Positions 46,462 to 56,677 of a DNA stretch of 64,000 nucleotides are shown piece after piece. The stretch is from a virus. The DNA lies in IMG/VR virus record IMGVR_UViG_3300042564_002819, positions 266,025 through 330,024 of that record. One strand, 5' to 3'. Under the pieces are notes generated by a model. That model made no database searches, was not told the origin of the DNA, and was given only the letters and a program-made list of their open reading frames with translations. Numbering within the stretch: position 1 is the first letter of the stretch; each line of letters starts with the position of its first letter. The position numbers and the translations under genes were made by a program.

Positions 46462-46838
46462 TGGGAATCAATGTTCACGTGTATAGTTATTGGGGTGTTC
46501 GCACTGAGTGGAACCGAGAGTTCTACGATGCTTATGAGGCTGTAGAAGAAGCCAACATCGATACCTATGGCTACAACAAAGAACCCGCAGACGCTCAAGC
46601 ACACGTTCTCATGGACGGTATGAGCGGTGAGTATATGGTGTTTGGAGAACGTCTGTATGACTCCGGTGACAGCCGTTGGGGCGAAATGGTCAATTCAAAC
46701 GAAGTCGACATCAGTCATAATGTGCTGGATCAAATGCGTTGGGACTATATGTCAAAGTTTAAACGACTGTATCCTGAACACTTTGAATGGCTTAACTCAA
46801 AGCCATGGCGTTTGGTAAATTTGGTACACTACTCGTGA
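46461..46838 (+). CDS. hypothetical protein
   Basis: 125-aa ORF. Confidence 0.35.
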   Translation: MGINVHVYSYWGVRTEWNREFYDAYEAVEEANIDTYGYNKEPADAQAHVLMDGMSGEYMVFGERLYDSGDSRWGEMVNSNEVDISHNVLDQMRWDYMSKFKRLYPEHFEWLNSKPWRLVNLVHYS

Positions 46839-47155
46839 CACGCTACGTTGAATACTACGAAGTAAAAACACGTGGCGGGTATGAATACTATTTTATGCCT
46901 GTTGATGCAGATGCTAAAAACAAAGAAAACCTTGATATTCACTGTCACAGGATTTGGAAGTTCGACACTAAGACTAATCGTATTCAAGAAATACGCAATA
47001 TTCGAGAGCACAAGCCTCAAGTAAATCGTGCAGAGTTTATGAAAATACAACTAATGGCAAAACCTGTGCCATATAATGAATACTACCTTAGATTAGAAGA
47101 AGTGAAACGACGTCGTGAACAGCGTGAAGCCGAAAAATCCTCTACTGAGGATTAA
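46805..47155 (+). CDS. hypothetical protein
   Basis: 116-aa ORF. Confidence 0.3.
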   Translation: MAFGKFGTLLVTRYVEYYEVKTRGGYEYYFMPVDADAKNKENLDIHCHRIWKFDTKTNRIQEIRNIREHKPQVNRAEFMKIQLMAKPVPYNEYYLRLEEVKRRREQREAEKSSTED

Positions 47156-47546
47156 GTATAGATTCCTTGAGTGGCGTTGGGACAAGGTTCTTAAGAAAAG
47201 TGGTCACACTCACTGGGAAAGTTATCTGCGTTATAACGATCCTGACTTCGATATCCGCGGCCGCACAGTAAAAGATCAATTTTGTGGTTACCCTTACGTA
47301 GTAATAGTCAACTACAAACATTTAGAAGCTAGAGTTGATGCTATGTGGGGAGAAATATGGAACGGCAGCACGGTAGAGGATTGGTGTAAACAATATTGTA
47401 AGGGCAAGTATCGTTGGCATTGGGAGCGTGTTATTATGGATCACAACGGACAATATCTACCCAATGGTATCGGCGACACAGACGAACTGTTCTTTGGATT
47501 TAAAGACGAAAGAGATTATACAATGTTTTTGTTGAGGTGGAGTTAA
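47115..47546 (+). CDS. hypothetical protein
   Basis: 143-aa ORF, Trp-rich. Confidence 0.3.
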   Translation: MNSVKPKNPLLRIKYRFLEWRWDKVLKKSGHTHWESYLRYNDPDFDIRGRTVKDQFCGYPYVVIVNYKHLEARVDAMWGEIWNGSTVEDWCKQYCKGKYRWHWERVIMDHNGQYLPNGIGDTDELFFGFKDERDYTMFLLRWS

Positions 47547-48205
47547 TGGTAAGTTGGGCAGATGATTATGTAGATAATATTCTTGACAACTGTTGGGAAG
47601 GCAATTATACTAGCAGATACAAGAAAGAAAATCAAAAGGCAAAGAAAATGGCACAAACTTTTCAACGAGGCGATATTGTTCGCAAAATTAACGGTAGAAC
47701 ACATATTGAAGTTACTGACAGCTACGGTAACTGCATCTATGGCAAGTATCTGCACACTGGTCTAAGCACTGGTAGAATTGACACTAGAAATCTTGTAAAA
47801 GTTGATGAAGAAATTGAACAAAAAGGAAACGGATCAATGAAAGGCAAACTATTTAAAGTTAAAGCAGACGGCGTCTATGGCATCGGTCTTGCTGTAGACA
47901 GCACTGGTCAATACGTGCTGGAAATGAAAGACGGCAGCGGAGTTCGCTCTTTTGCAAAAAAAGAAGTTGAAGTTGTTATGCCTTTCACTTTTAGCGTCCA
48001 GTTTAACGGTGTTGGTACTGAATACAGCTACCTTGGCAAAGAAGGTACCGTAAAGGTTGGCGATTTGCTACTAAAGCAAGACGGCACAAAAGGTATTACT
48101 ATTGCTAAGGTTACTGCTGTTAACACTAAGAGCGACAAGGCTACTAAGTATTTTGACGGCGTTAAGATCGTAACTGAAAGCATTGATAATGAGGTTATCG
48201 AGTAA
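47537..48205 (+). CDS. hypothetical protein
   Basis: 222-aa ORF. Confidence 0.35.
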   Translation: MELMVSWADDYVDNILDNCWEGNYTSRYKKENQKAKKMAQTFQRGDIVRKINGRTHIEVTDSYGNCIYGKYLHTGLSTGRIDTRNLVKVDEEIEQKGNGSMKGKLFKVKADGVYGIGLAVDSTGQYVLEMKDGSGVRSFAKKEVEVVMPFTFSVQFNGVGTEYSYLGKEGTVKVGDLLLKQDGTKGITIAKVTAVNTKSDKATKYFDGVKIVTESIDNEVIE

Positions 48206-48786
48206 TGAGCGATATTTGGGTTATCTCGGATACCCATTTCAATCATGCTAACATCTTAACTTTTAAGGACGGCGCCACGGGTAAACTTGTCCGTGGCGAT
48301 CGTTTTTCGTCTGTAAAAGAAATGGACGAATTTATGATTGAAAGGTGGAATAGCGTTGTAAAGCCTGGAGACAAAGTTTACCATCTTGGTGATGTTATGT
48401 TTGGTGACAGAGAATACTTCCAAAAACTATGGCCTAAACTGCACGGACAAAAGCGTCTAATTGTTGGTAATCACGACGACATTAAATATTTGAGCAGCGG
48501 CGGCTTTTTTGCTAAAGTTCACATGTGGCGTATGTTTCCTGAATTTGGTTTGGTGTTTAGCCATGTTCCTTTGCACAAAAGTTCACTAAAACGTCACTGG
48601 ATTAGAAAAGAAGATCATACATTTCTTGGCTACTGGTGGAACCGATATAAAGTAAGAAATAAGACTATGTTAAATGTGCATGGGCATATTCATCAGAATC
48701 CAAGTCCCTGTGGTCCCTATCGTAATATGAGTGTAGAAGCAATTGACTATACTCCTGTTAATATTGAAGATTTGAGAATCATCTAG
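48205..48786 (+). CDS. metallophosphoesterase
   Basis: ISDTHFNH ... GDVMFGD ... VGNHDD motifs. Confidence 0.55.
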   Translation: MSDIWVISDTHFNHANILTFKDGATGKLVRGDRFSSVKEMDEFMIERWNSVVKPGDKVYHLGDVMFGDREYFQKLWPKLHGQKRLIVGNHDDIKYLSSGGFFAKVHMWRMFPEFGLVFSHVPLHKSSLKRHWIRKEDHTFLGYWWNRYKVRNKTMLNVHGHIHQNPSPCGPYRNMSVEAIDYTPVNIEDLRII

Positions 48787-48808
48787 TATAGAATCAACAA
48801 ATAAAATC

Positions 48809-48838
48809 TTGACAGATAAAACGTTTTATAGTATAAAT
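48809..48838 (+). promoter_or_regulatory. sigma70-like promoter
   Basis: TTGACA-N18-TATAAA. Confidence 0.5.
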
Positions 48839-48890
48839 ACTGTGTAAGCCAGAGAGGCTCACACTTAACCGCAAAAGGAGTTTTTGCAAA

Positions 48891-49967
48891 ATGAAATATG
48901 ACGCTCTAGTCTTTATCGGCCGGTTCCAGCCGTTTCACAATGGACACAAGGCAATTGTTGATGCCGCCCTTGAACGAGCAAAAGAAGTAATCATTGTAGT
49001 TGGTTCTAGCTTTTCTTCAAGGAATATCCGAAATCCTTTTACATTTGATGAACGCAGACAGATGATTAAAGCTGTGTTCCCGCAGGAGAACGTTAAAGTC
49101 GTTCCTGTTAGCGATTACCCGTATGATGATAATAAATGGGTTCATGCTGTGCAAAACGTAGTTCGCGGTGCGATGCGTTGGAGTGCTGATCCGATTCGAG
49201 TTGGCCTTATCGGCCATGAAAAGGACGGATCTAGCTACTACTTGAAAATCTTCAAGCCGCTAGGTTGGGGTAACGTTAGCGTAAACAACGTCGACGGCGT
49301 TAATGCAACAGACATTCGCAATATGTTGTTTGCATCTGCTCCGGATAGTTCAACTATTCTTCCAACTATTGTCCATAAAATTTATGAACAATTTGTTCAT
49401 AAAACTATGAATAAACAGGCAGTAGAAACTATGCACTCACTGATTATAAAAGATGGAGTTGTATCACCATGGTTTGAAACGCTGTTCCAAGAATACCAAA
49501 TGATCAAGAAGTACAAGGAAGCATGGAAAGCTGCTCCATTCCCTCCTACTTTCATGACTGTTGATGCTGTTGTTGTTCAAAGCGGACACATCCTTCTTGT
49601 GAAACGTGGCGACATGCCTGGTAAAGGTCTTTGGGCTTTGCCCGGTGGGTTCCTTAATCAAGGTGAAACAATGCTTGACGGTGCCATTCGTGAACTCAAA
49701 GAAGAAACTAAAATCAAAGTTGCTGTGCCTGTACTAAAGGGTTCTATTAAAGCGTTTAACACTTTTGATGCACCTAACCGCAGCCAGCGTGGACGTACTA
49801 TTACACAGGCGTTCTACATTGACCTTGGCTTTGCAGAAGAACTTCCTAAAGTAAAAGGCAGCGACGATGCAGAAAAAGCGTTTTGGGTTCCGTTTCACAA
49901 AGTGAAACAAGAACTTATGTTCGAAGATCACTTTCATATTATCGACCATTTTGTTAACATTGGGTAA
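48891..49967 (+). CDS. natV: bifunctional NMN adenylyltransferase / Nudix hydrolase (NatV-like)
   Basis: N-terminal cytidylyltransferase FIGRFQPFHNGH; C-terminal Nudix box GGFLNQGETMLDGAIRELKEETKI. Confidence 0.75.
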   Translation: MKYDALVFIGRFQPFHNGHKAIVDAALERAKEVIIVVGSSFSSRNIRNPFTFDERRQMIKAVFPQENVKVVPVSDYPYDDNKWVHAVQNVVRGAMRWSADPIRVGLIGHEKDGSSYYLKIFKPLGWGNVSVNNVDGVNATDIRNMLFASAPDSSTILPTIVHKIYEQFVHKTMNKQAVETMHSLIIKDGVVSPWFETLFQEYQMIKKYKEAWKAAPFPPTFMTVDAVVVQSGHILLVKRGDMPGKGLWALPGGFLNQGETMLDGAIRELKEETKIKVAVPVLKGSIKAFNTFDAPNRSQRGRTITQAFYIDLGFAEELPKVKGSDDAEKAFWVPFHKVKQELMFEDHFHIIDHFVNIG

Positions 49968-49971
49968 AACT

Positions 49972-50265
49972 ATGAGAATTATTGAACCTGGTAAAGTCGG
50001 CAAAACGTGGACCATTAAACACCGTTGCACCGGTTGGGGGAATAGCGACAATGGTTGCGAAGCACTTCTTGAACTGGAATTCGACGATCTTAGATTTTAC
50101 GAAGGTCAAGAATTTCCTTGGCGAGTTAGCGAACCTGCTGTATGTTTTAAGTGTCCGTGCTGCGGAAAAATTACTGACCTTGGGCTAAATGATTGGCCCA
50201 CAGGTTACCGAAATCTTGAACGGTGGTCTAGTGAATGGTGTGATGCCAGACCTGACGCTGCTTAA
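49972..50265 (+). CDS. small zinc-ribbon-like protein
   Basis: CTGWGNSDNGC ... CFKCPCCGK. Confidence 0.35.
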   Translation: MRIIEPGKVGKTWTIKHRCTGWGNSDNGCEALLELEFDDLRFYEGQEFPWRVSEPAVCFKCPCCGKITDLGLNDWPTGYRNLERWSSEWCDARPDAA

Positions 50266-50317
50266 GAAAAAGTCCAACTCAGAGAGAGTTGGCATTAACG
50301 TTTAGAGGAGTTCTAAA

Positions 50318-51772
50318 ATGACAAACGTACTAAATCTACTAACTGCTATTATTCGCACTGACAGCTATAAGCTGAGCCAGTGGCTACAATATCCAAAGGA
50401 CACTGTCCGTATTAGTTCATACATCGAAAGTCGTGGTGGCGAAGACGAATCGGTATTCTTTGGTCTACAAGCGTTCATTAAACAGTATATGATGACACCG
50501 ATTACTGTAGCAGATATCAATCGTGCTGAACTTATTGTAAAAGCACACGGACTGCCTTTCAACAGAGAAGGTTGGGAAATCATCGTCAAAGAATACGGCG
50601 GCATTCTGCCGTTGGAAATCGAAGCTGTTCCTGAAGGTACCGTTATGGAGACCCATAACGTGCAAGTGCAGATTGTTAATACCGATCCACGCTTGTTCTG
50701 GTTGACCTCATATGTTGAAACTGCAATGCTTCGCGGCATTTGGTATCCTTCAACTGTTGCTACAAAGAGCCGTAAAATGAAGAAACTCATTGCTGCTGCT
50801 CTTGAACTAACTAGCGACGTTCCTGTTAACGATCAAATCATGTTCAAGCTACACGACTTTGGTGCTCGTGGTGCAAGTTCTTCTGAAACTGCAATGCTTG
50901 GTGGTATGGGTCACCTTGTTAACTTTATGGGTACTGACACTGTGGAAGCACTTGTTGGTGCAATGGAATATTACAACACAGACTCTGTACCTGGGTTTAG
51001 TATTCCTGCTAGTGAACACTCAACAATCACTAGCTGGGGTGGTCCTGCTGGAGAAGTTGTAGCATTTGAAAACATGATCAATACATTTGCCGGTCCCGGT
51101 AAACTGTATGCTTGTGTTAGCGACAGCTACGACATTTACTCTGCCGCACGTGACTTGTGGGGCGGCGTTCTAAAAGAAAAAGTCATTGCTGCCGGCGGCA
51201 CCTTGGTGGTACGTCCGGACTCAGGTGATCCTACTACAGTTCCGATTGAAGTTATTGGCATCCTTATGGATCGCTTTGGATACACTGTTAACAGCAAAGG
51301 CTACCGAGTACTTCCTCCTTACATCCGTCTAATCCAAGGAGATGGTATCAACGAAAAAACTTTGCCTAAGATCTTGTCAAACATGGTTGAAGCAGGTTAC
51401 AGCATTGATAACATTGCATTTGGTATGGGCGGTGGCTTGCTACAAGCGTGGAACCGTGATACACTCAAGTATGCTATGAAAGCTAGTGCTAGACAGGATA
51501 CTGAGGGTGTATGGCACGATGTCTTTAAAGATCCGATCTCAGACCGCGGCAAAGTGTCTAAAAAAGGTCGTCTTGGATTAGTTTATGAGTGCGGGATTGG
51601 AAACTGCGGTTATAGAACTCTTCCAAAGTCGGTTGCTGACAAAAAAGGCAACCTACTGAGAACTGTATATCGCAACGGTGAACTCTTAATTGAGGACACT
51701 TTTGAAAATATTCGCAATCGTGCAAAACTTAAAGTGGAGGAATACACTCATGATGTCGTTGAAAGATATTGA
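50318..51772 (+). CDS. nadV: nicotinamide phosphoribosyltransferase (NadV-like)
   Basis: 484 aa; type II PRTase features (FGARGASS, GMGGGLLQ); adjacent to natV as in KVP40-type phages. Confidence 0.75.
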   Translation: MTNVLNLLTAIIRTDSYKLSQWLQYPKDTVRISSYIESRGGEDESVFFGLQAFIKQYMMTPITVADINRAELIVKAHGLPFNREGWEIIVKEYGGILPLEIEAVPEGTVMETHNVQVQIVNTDPRLFWLTSYVETAMLRGIWYPSTVATKSRKMKKLIAAALELTSDVPVNDQIMFKLHDFGARGASSSETAMLGGMGHLVNFMGTDTVEALVGAMEYYNTDSVPGFSIPASEHSTITSWGGPAGEVVAFENMINTFAGPGKLYACVSDSYDIYSAARDLWGGVLKEKVIAAGGTLVVRPDSGDPTTVPIEVIGILMDRFGYTVNSKGYRVLPPYIRLIQGDGINEKTLPKILSNMVEAGYSIDNIAFGMGGGLLQAWNRDTLKYAMKASARQDTEGVWHDVFKDPISDRGKVSKKGRLGLVYECGIGNCGYRTLPKSVADKKGNLLRTVYRNGELLIEDTFENIRNRAKLKVEEYTHDVVERY

Positions 51773-51898
51773 AATTGTCCAAATGATGGCAATGGCGTGG
51801 AAAATGAACGATGAGCGTAACAAACGCTTAGAAGCAGAAAAACGCCTCAATAACACAGACTATCGTGTTAAAATCATCGACGATGCAGTACAAGAATA

Positions 51899-51926
51899 AA
51901 AAGGGCCTTCGGGCCCTTTTTTACTG
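51899..51926 (+). terminator. rho-independent terminator
   Basis: AAAGGGCC-TTCG-GGCCCTTT then TTTACT. Confidence 0.8.
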
Positions 51927-51927
51927 G

Positions 51928-51956
51928 TTGACTCTGCTCTCAAGAGTCGCTATATT
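51928..51956 (+). promoter_or_regulatory. sigma70-like promoter
   Basis: TTGACT-N17-TATATT. Confidence 0.55.
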
Positions 51957-51982
51957 CTAATACATAGAGCAAGGAGATACAA

Positions 51983-52132
51983 ATGCTTGATATTCTAGTT
52001 TACTACGTACTTCCTAACGTTGCTATGTTTGGCGGACTTTATCTTATTGCCAAATACATTGAAAACTCTGCTTGGTATTTTATTGAAAACTACGAAGAGA
52101 TTCAACAAAAGCTTAAATCTTATCTTAACTAA
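51983..52132 (+). CDS. small membrane protein
   Basis: 49 aa, strong AGCAAGGAGAT RBS, one TM helix. Confidence 0.4.
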   Translation: MLDILVYYVLPNVAMFGGLYLIAKYIENSAWYFIENYEEIQQKLKSYLN

Positions 52133-52154
52133 ACCGTAACAAAAGGAGAAATAT

Positions 52155-53573
52155 ATGTTCGGTATTTTTGTAGGAGTTCTACTTCTGCTTGGTGCATCTG
52201 CACTAATGTTTGTTCCTCTAGATCCAGCACTTAGTAAATTGAAGATGATTGGTTCTACAGTGATGATTGTTCTAGCTGGTATTTTTAGCCTCGGTGGTGC
52301 CGTTGGTTATAACGATGCTGGCTTCTGCCAACACGTTCGTACTATCTTTGGTAATGAAACTGCAACCTGTGAGACCGGTTGGTATTTTGCCGGTTGGGGA
52401 ACCAGCACTGCATGGCCGCACTATATCACTGTAGCACACACACTTGATGCAACTGGTGAAAATGCAGGCACTGTGTTCCAGGGATCGATTGCAGAACCTT
52501 ACCGTGTTCGACTTGCAGACAACTGGACCGGTGATGTAACTCAAACTACTCGCTTTGGTATTCCGCAAGATACTGCACAGTTTCTTGAAATGGCACGAAC
52601 TTTCCGCACACCTGAGCGACTGATCAATACTACTCTAAAGCCTGCTGTTACTGCTAGTCTTGACTCAGTGAGTAACATGTTTACTATGGAAGAATACTAC
52701 AGTGGCGGTAAGCGTGACCAATTCAAGAGCGAGTTTAAGGATGCTATTGAAAAAGGTCGTGCCCAAGTTCGCCAAATTAGCCTTAACCAAGCAGGTGGCG
52801 TAATTCGAAATCGTGTTGCTGCTAGTGATAGTGATGCTGCACAAGACACCAGTGAAGTCGGTGACACTGAAGTTCGCAAAGTGCTAATGGAAAAAATTAC
52901 AGATGCCAGTGGCAATGATGTTCGCACACCGCATGACTTTACTGAAATTGGCGTTACTGTAGCAAGTGCTATTCTTGAAAACATCGATCCCGATGACGAA
53001 TACGAACGTCAAATCGGCGAACGTAAAAAAGCCGCAAGCCGTCGAGTTGTAGCACGTGAACAGCGACTTGAACAGGAAGAACAGCGTCTACTTGCTATCC
53101 AACAAGGTGAAACCGACATTGCCAAGCGTCAAGCAGAAGCAAAGGTTAACCAAATTGAACAAACTACCAATGCCGAAACAACCAAGAAACTGGCTCTGAT
53201 TGAAGCAGAACGTGTAAAGGAAGAAGCTGAAATTGCTCGCCAGACTGCCGCAATTAACCTTGAACGAGCTCGTATTGATGCTGAGGCTGTAACTGTTGCT
53301 GCTGATGCTGAAGCCTACGCAAAAGAAGCAATTCTTACTGCTGACGGTGCTCTTGCACAGAAGCTAGAAGCGTGGGTTGCTGCACAACGAGTTTGGGCTG
53401 ATGCTGCAAGTAAGATCAATGTTCCTGCTACTGTGATTGCAGGCGGTGGTGACGGTGGTACTGCTGGTAATGCTCTTGGCACTGTAGACCAGTTCATGCA
53501 GATGCTGATGATCAAGACTGCAAAAGATCTGCAAGTTGATCCAACTATTGCTGCTACTCCTGTAAAGCAGTAA
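52155..53573 (+). CDS. SPFH/band-7 (stomatin/prohibitin/HflKC-like) membrane protein
   Basis: N-terminal TM pair, then long Ala/Glu/Gln/Arg-rich helical region (EQRLEQEEQRLLAIQQGETDIAKRQAEAKV) typical of SPFH tails. Confidence 0.6.
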   Translation: MFGIFVGVLLLLGASALMFVPLDPALSKLKMIGSTVMIVLAGIFSLGGAVGYNDAGFCQHVRTIFGNETATCETGWYFAGWGTSTAWPHYITVAHTLDATGENAGTVFQGSIAEPYRVRLADNWTGDVTQTTRFGIPQDTAQFLEMARTFRTPERLINTTLKPAVTASLDSVSNMFTMEEYYSGGKRDQFKSEFKDAIEKGRAQVRQISLNQAGGVIRNRVAASDSDAAQDTSEVGDTEVRKVLMEKITDASGNDVRTPHDFTEIGVTVASAILENIDPDDEYERQIGERKKAASRRVVAREQRLEQEEQRLLAIQQGETDIAKRQAEAKVNQIEQTTNAETTKKLALIEAERVKEEAEIARQTAAINLERARIDAEAVTVAADAEAYAKEAILTADGALAQKLEAWVAAQRVWADAASKINVPATVIAGGGDGGTAGNALGTVDQFMQMLMIKTAKDLQVDPTIAATPVKQ

Positions 53574-53585
53574 AACGAAACATTA

Positions 53586-53608
53586 AAAGGGCCCATTGGG
53601 CCCTTTTA
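53586..53608 (+). terminator. rho-independent terminator
   Basis: AAAGGGCCC-ATTG-GGCCCTTTT. Confidence 0.75.
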
Positions 53609-53610
53609 GT

Positions 53611-53639
53611 TTGACTACTCAAGCCAAGTATGCTACAGT
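53611..53639 (+). promoter_or_regulatory. sigma70-like promoter
   Basis: TTGACT-N17-TACAGT. Confidence 0.5.
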
Positions 53640-53657
53640 TAATTATAGGAGGATGCT

Positions 53658-54011
53658 ATGGCTAAAAGAAGACTTATTATTAGAGAATCAGACTTTGAAA
53701 AGTTTTCAAAGTCTTTAAAAAAAGACTATCAGTCTGTTTCTTTTACTCCATTGACTAAACAATATTTTGAAAAAAGAGCAACATACTTTGCACTAAAGTC
53801 TAAACAGTATCTTGCAGATCAGTATGCACATTACGAATATCCTGCAAATATGCTAGGAAGGCTAACTGGATTTAATTTGCATAACAGACAATACCCTTTT
53901 TGGCTGGTCAAATACAATGAAGCAGGACACATGGTTATACGTGCAGGACTTAGACAGCCAGAATCGAACCTTGGATTTGTTACGCTTGTTGATAAAGAGA
54001 AAAGTAAATGA
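53658..54011 (+). CDS. hypothetical protein
   Basis: 117-aa ORF with AGGAGGAT RBS. Confidence 0.4.
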   Translation: MAKRRLIIRESDFEKFSKSLKKDYQSVSFTPLTKQYFEKRATYFALKSKQYLADQYAHYEYPANMLGRLTGFNLHNRQYPFWLVKYNEAGHMVIRAGLRQPESNLGFVTLVDKEKSK

Positions 54012-54232
54012 GAGAATACAGACTTAGGAAATTTCAAGCAACAGATGATGAAACGCAATCTCGTATGGTTTTTTCTAAGTTTTATAAAGCAACAGAGATT
54101 GCTATGAAAGTAGCACAAGAAGATGCCGGAAACGATACTGTTTTGCAATGGACAGAAACTTCAAAAGATTTTCTCGAAAGCCAAACAACTTCTACTACAT
54201 ACGATATAAAAACTATTACACTTGAGGAATGA
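54008..54232 (+). CDS. hypothetical protein
   Basis: 74-aa ORF. Confidence 0.3.
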   Translation: MREYRLRKFQATDDETQSRMVFSKFYKATEIAMKVAQEDAGNDTVLQWTETSKDFLESQTTSTTYDIKTITLEE

Positions 54233-54233
54233 C

Positions 54234-54620
54234 ATGAAATTTTCTTCTGAACTAATCTACTCTGCTGTTAACTTTGTGCAAATTGCTAACAAGGAACTTG
54301 GCAACATTGCAGATGAAAAGATCGAAGCAATGTTTGATGCGTTTGACCCTGCACTGCGTAGGCAGATTCTTATGCACATGATCAAAGGAGATATTACAGG
54401 TCCTATCAGTATTCGTTTTGATCATTCAGCTAAAATGCCAAACAAGATTCAAGCAATCAAAGCAGTTCGTTGGATTTCGGGCATGGGACTCAAAGAAGCT
54501 AAAGAGTTTGTCGAAGAAGCAGAAGCCGGAAAGGTTGCTACTATTGTTGGTAACTTCGATGTTAAACAACGTAGGCAGTTTTCTCTTGAACTTGCTAACA
54601 CAGGCTACGAGGTAGTATGA
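54234..54620 (+). CDS. hypothetical protein
   Basis: ORF with GAGGAA RBS. Confidence 0.35.
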   Translation: MKFSSELIYSAVNFVQIANKELGNIADEKIEAMFDAFDPALRRQILMHMIKGDITGPISIRFDHSAKMPNKIQAIKAVRWISGMGLKEAKEFVEEAEAGKVATIVGNFDVKQRRQFSLELANTGYEVV

Positions 54621-54859
54621 GTATGAAGTGGAAAACCAAGCACGAACCGAGACAATGGGAAAAACGCATAGTAACATACTTTGCATTTCTTCCTACTAAA
54701 CTAGACGACGGTTATACTGTGTGGCTACAATCGTATTGGGCAGTTGAGTCATGGGATGATGGCACTACCAGCATAGGGTTTGGATACTGGAAAACAAAGC
54801 ACACTAGTTCAACACACCCTGACCGACCTAACACTGGCTCACCTGTAAGACGACCATAA
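54617..54859 (+). CDS. hypothetical protein
   Basis: 80-aa ORF. Confidence 0.3.
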   Translation: MSMKWKTKHEPRQWEKRIVTYFAFLPTKLDDGYTVWLQSYWAVESWDDGTTSIGFGYWKTKHTSSTHPDRPNTGSPVRRP

Positions 54860-54897
54860 AATGATTAAACTACAAATTCAAACAAAGGAAAAAAGAA

Positions 54898-55095
54898 TTG
54901 TCTGAACAAACTATGAGCGAATTAGAAGAAATGATCGTGGAAGACATGCGTGAATGGGTAACTGTTAAGTTACTAAACGGTGAAGACATGTTTGTACACC
55001 TTGACGAAATTAGTATTAACGAAGGCGAAGATGCCTATCAAAAAAAACTAAAAGAATTTACCGATATTTACTGGCGTGATCATTTGTGGCCATAA
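54898..55095 (+). CDS. hypothetical acidic protein (TTG start)
   Basis: AAAGGAA RBS 7 nt upstream of TTG. Confidence 0.3.
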   Translation: MSEQTMSELEEMIVEDMREWVTVKLLNGEDMFVHLDEISINEGEDAYQKKLKEFTDIYWRDHLWP

Positions 55096-55104
55096 ATATC
55101 AGAC

Positions 55105-55194
55105 GGAGAGTTGGTTGAGCGGCCGATAACACTCGTCTACTAAACGAGCAGGGGGTAATGCCCCTCGTGGGTTCGAATCCCACACTCTCCGCCA
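55105..55194 (+). tRNA. tRNA-Ser, class II, anticodon reads ACT (A34)
   Basis: colinear with E. coli tRNA-Ser; anticodon stem CTCGT/ACGAG with loop CTACTAA; variable arm CAGGGGGTAATGCCCCTCG. Confidence 0.65.
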
Positions 55195-55211
55195 AAAATA
55201 TAAATACTTAC

Positions 55212-55583
55212 ATGCTAATAAATGAAATTTTTACCGGGTATACATTAAAAGACTGGACAACTGTTGAATTGCTGGAAAGTTCTGGTAATTGGATGACCAC
55301 TCAAACGACTGCATATAAAAAAGGATTAAAATTCTATTCAAAAAATGCAGTCGTTATGAACAGTTTAAGTGAATTGCTTGGGTTTATACAGCAACATACG
55401 TCACCACCGCCAACTGATTCTTATCCTCCAAAATTTAATGTACACATGATTCCAAAACATAAATATTATTCCAGAGAACTTTGGTCACATCTAAAAGGAC
55501 AAAATATTGGACTATTGTTTAGTGTTGAACCAGGAGTTATAAATTTAAGATGTATAGGAACACATGACGGATGCGGTATTTAA
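55212..55583 (+). CDS. hypothetical protein
   Basis: ORF from the first ATG after the tRNA. Confidence 0.3.
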   Translation: MLINEIFTGYTLKDWTTVELLESSGNWMTTQTTAYKKGLKFYSKNAVVMNSLSELLGFIQQHTSPPPTDSYPPKFNVHMIPKHKYYSRELWSHLKGQNIGLLFSVEPGVINLRCIGTHDGCGI

Positions 55584-55771
55584 AAAATATATTGACACAC
55601 ATCTCTAACTATGTTACTACAGTAATAACAAAACTAGTAGGAGCAAAGACAGTGTACAACGAAAGTGATATGACTAACATTGAAACTGTTCAATCGCTTG
55701 AAAAGCATCTCGAAGAAATTGCAGTTGAAAAACCAAAACCGAGACGCGGCAGACCGAAAAAAGATAAATAA
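55571..55771 (+). CDS. hypothetical protein
   Basis: 66 aa with basic C-terminus. Confidence 0.3.
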   Translation: MRYLKNILTHISNYVTTVITKLVGAKTVYNESDMTNIETVQSLEKHLEEIAVEKPKPRRGRPKKDK

Positions 55772-55920
55772 AAGATAAATAAAATAAAGAGGAAAAGACT
55801 TTCTATGAACTTAACGAGTGCATCATCGCTAGTATGGACAAACGGATTACAAAATCCGGGCAATGATCTATGCTCGGAGGGTTATGGAAACGGTTAACAA
55901 TGAGTTAACAAAAAATTCCA

Positions 55921-55957
55921 AAAACCCTCCAAGCAAGAAGCTTAGGAGGGTTTTTTA
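55921..55957 (+). terminator. rho-independent terminator
   Basis: AAAACCCTCC-N13-GGAGGGTTTTTT. Confidence 0.65.
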
Positions 55958-56103
55958 ATATGAACACGAAAGTTTTAAGAGACTATAAGGCACTACTAAA
56001 AGACTACAACGAAGGCAAAATTAGTTACAAAGAATTTGTTGATCAAACACTTCCGCTGTGGAATAAATTAAACAACTTGTTCGAAAAAGATTAAAAAAGC
56101 AGT

Positions 56104-56131
56104 TGACATAGAGTAAAACATACACTATATT
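56104..56131 (+). promoter_or_regulatory. sigma70-like promoter of the tRNA operon
   Basis: TTGACA-N16-TATATT. Confidence 0.55.
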
Positions 56132-56149
56132 AACTAAACAAACAAAAAA

Positions 56150-56188
56150 TAAAACGTAACGCAAGTTACACGCTCTTTGACAATTTAG
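56150..56188 (+). promoter_or_regulatory. boxB-hairpin plus boxA-like antitermination motif
   Basis: GTAAC-GCAA-GTTAC hairpin then CGCTCTTTGACAATTTAG (E. coli rrn boxA is GCTCTTTAACAATTTA). Confidence 0.5.
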
Positions 56189-56677
56189 ATTTGTTGTTTA
56201 CATCGTAAGATGTAGTAAACAACGCTCACTTAGACGCAAGTCGATAATAGTGGGGGTAAGTAGAGAATGACTCTACTTACACGTATTAACTGGTAGCTGG
56301 TTCGATTCCGGCGTAGAGTCTAGGTGACTATGAAAGGTTTGATTCCTTTGTACTACTGGTGTAGCAAATTGGACGACAGTCCGCCAAGTTAGTACGTGTA
56401 AGTAGAGTCGAGCAATTGAATTATTCGATGCTGTGAAGTATTTCTAACAGCATTTGATGATTGTGCCATGTGGTAAAAAGATTGCTTACAGCTAGAAAAA
56501 AGCTGACTACAATAATACACGGTAATAGAAAAGACCAAATCTTTTTTAACATCGTGTATTTATAGAAAAAACTAGTGCAGGAGGATAACTCTGTAAGTCA
56601 CAAGAACAACGGTGCCGCATGACTCAATTGCGGTTAAATTACCCGAGTAGTGCCGGGCAGAGCCAAACACACAATGT
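56189..56677 (+). ncRNA. about 490-nt structured leader/ncRNA preceding the tRNA array
   Basis: no ORF; direct repeat GTAAGTAGAG x2; tRNA-like mini-helix GACTCTAC..GCTGG-TTCGATT-CCGGC-GTAGAGTC. Confidence 0.35.
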
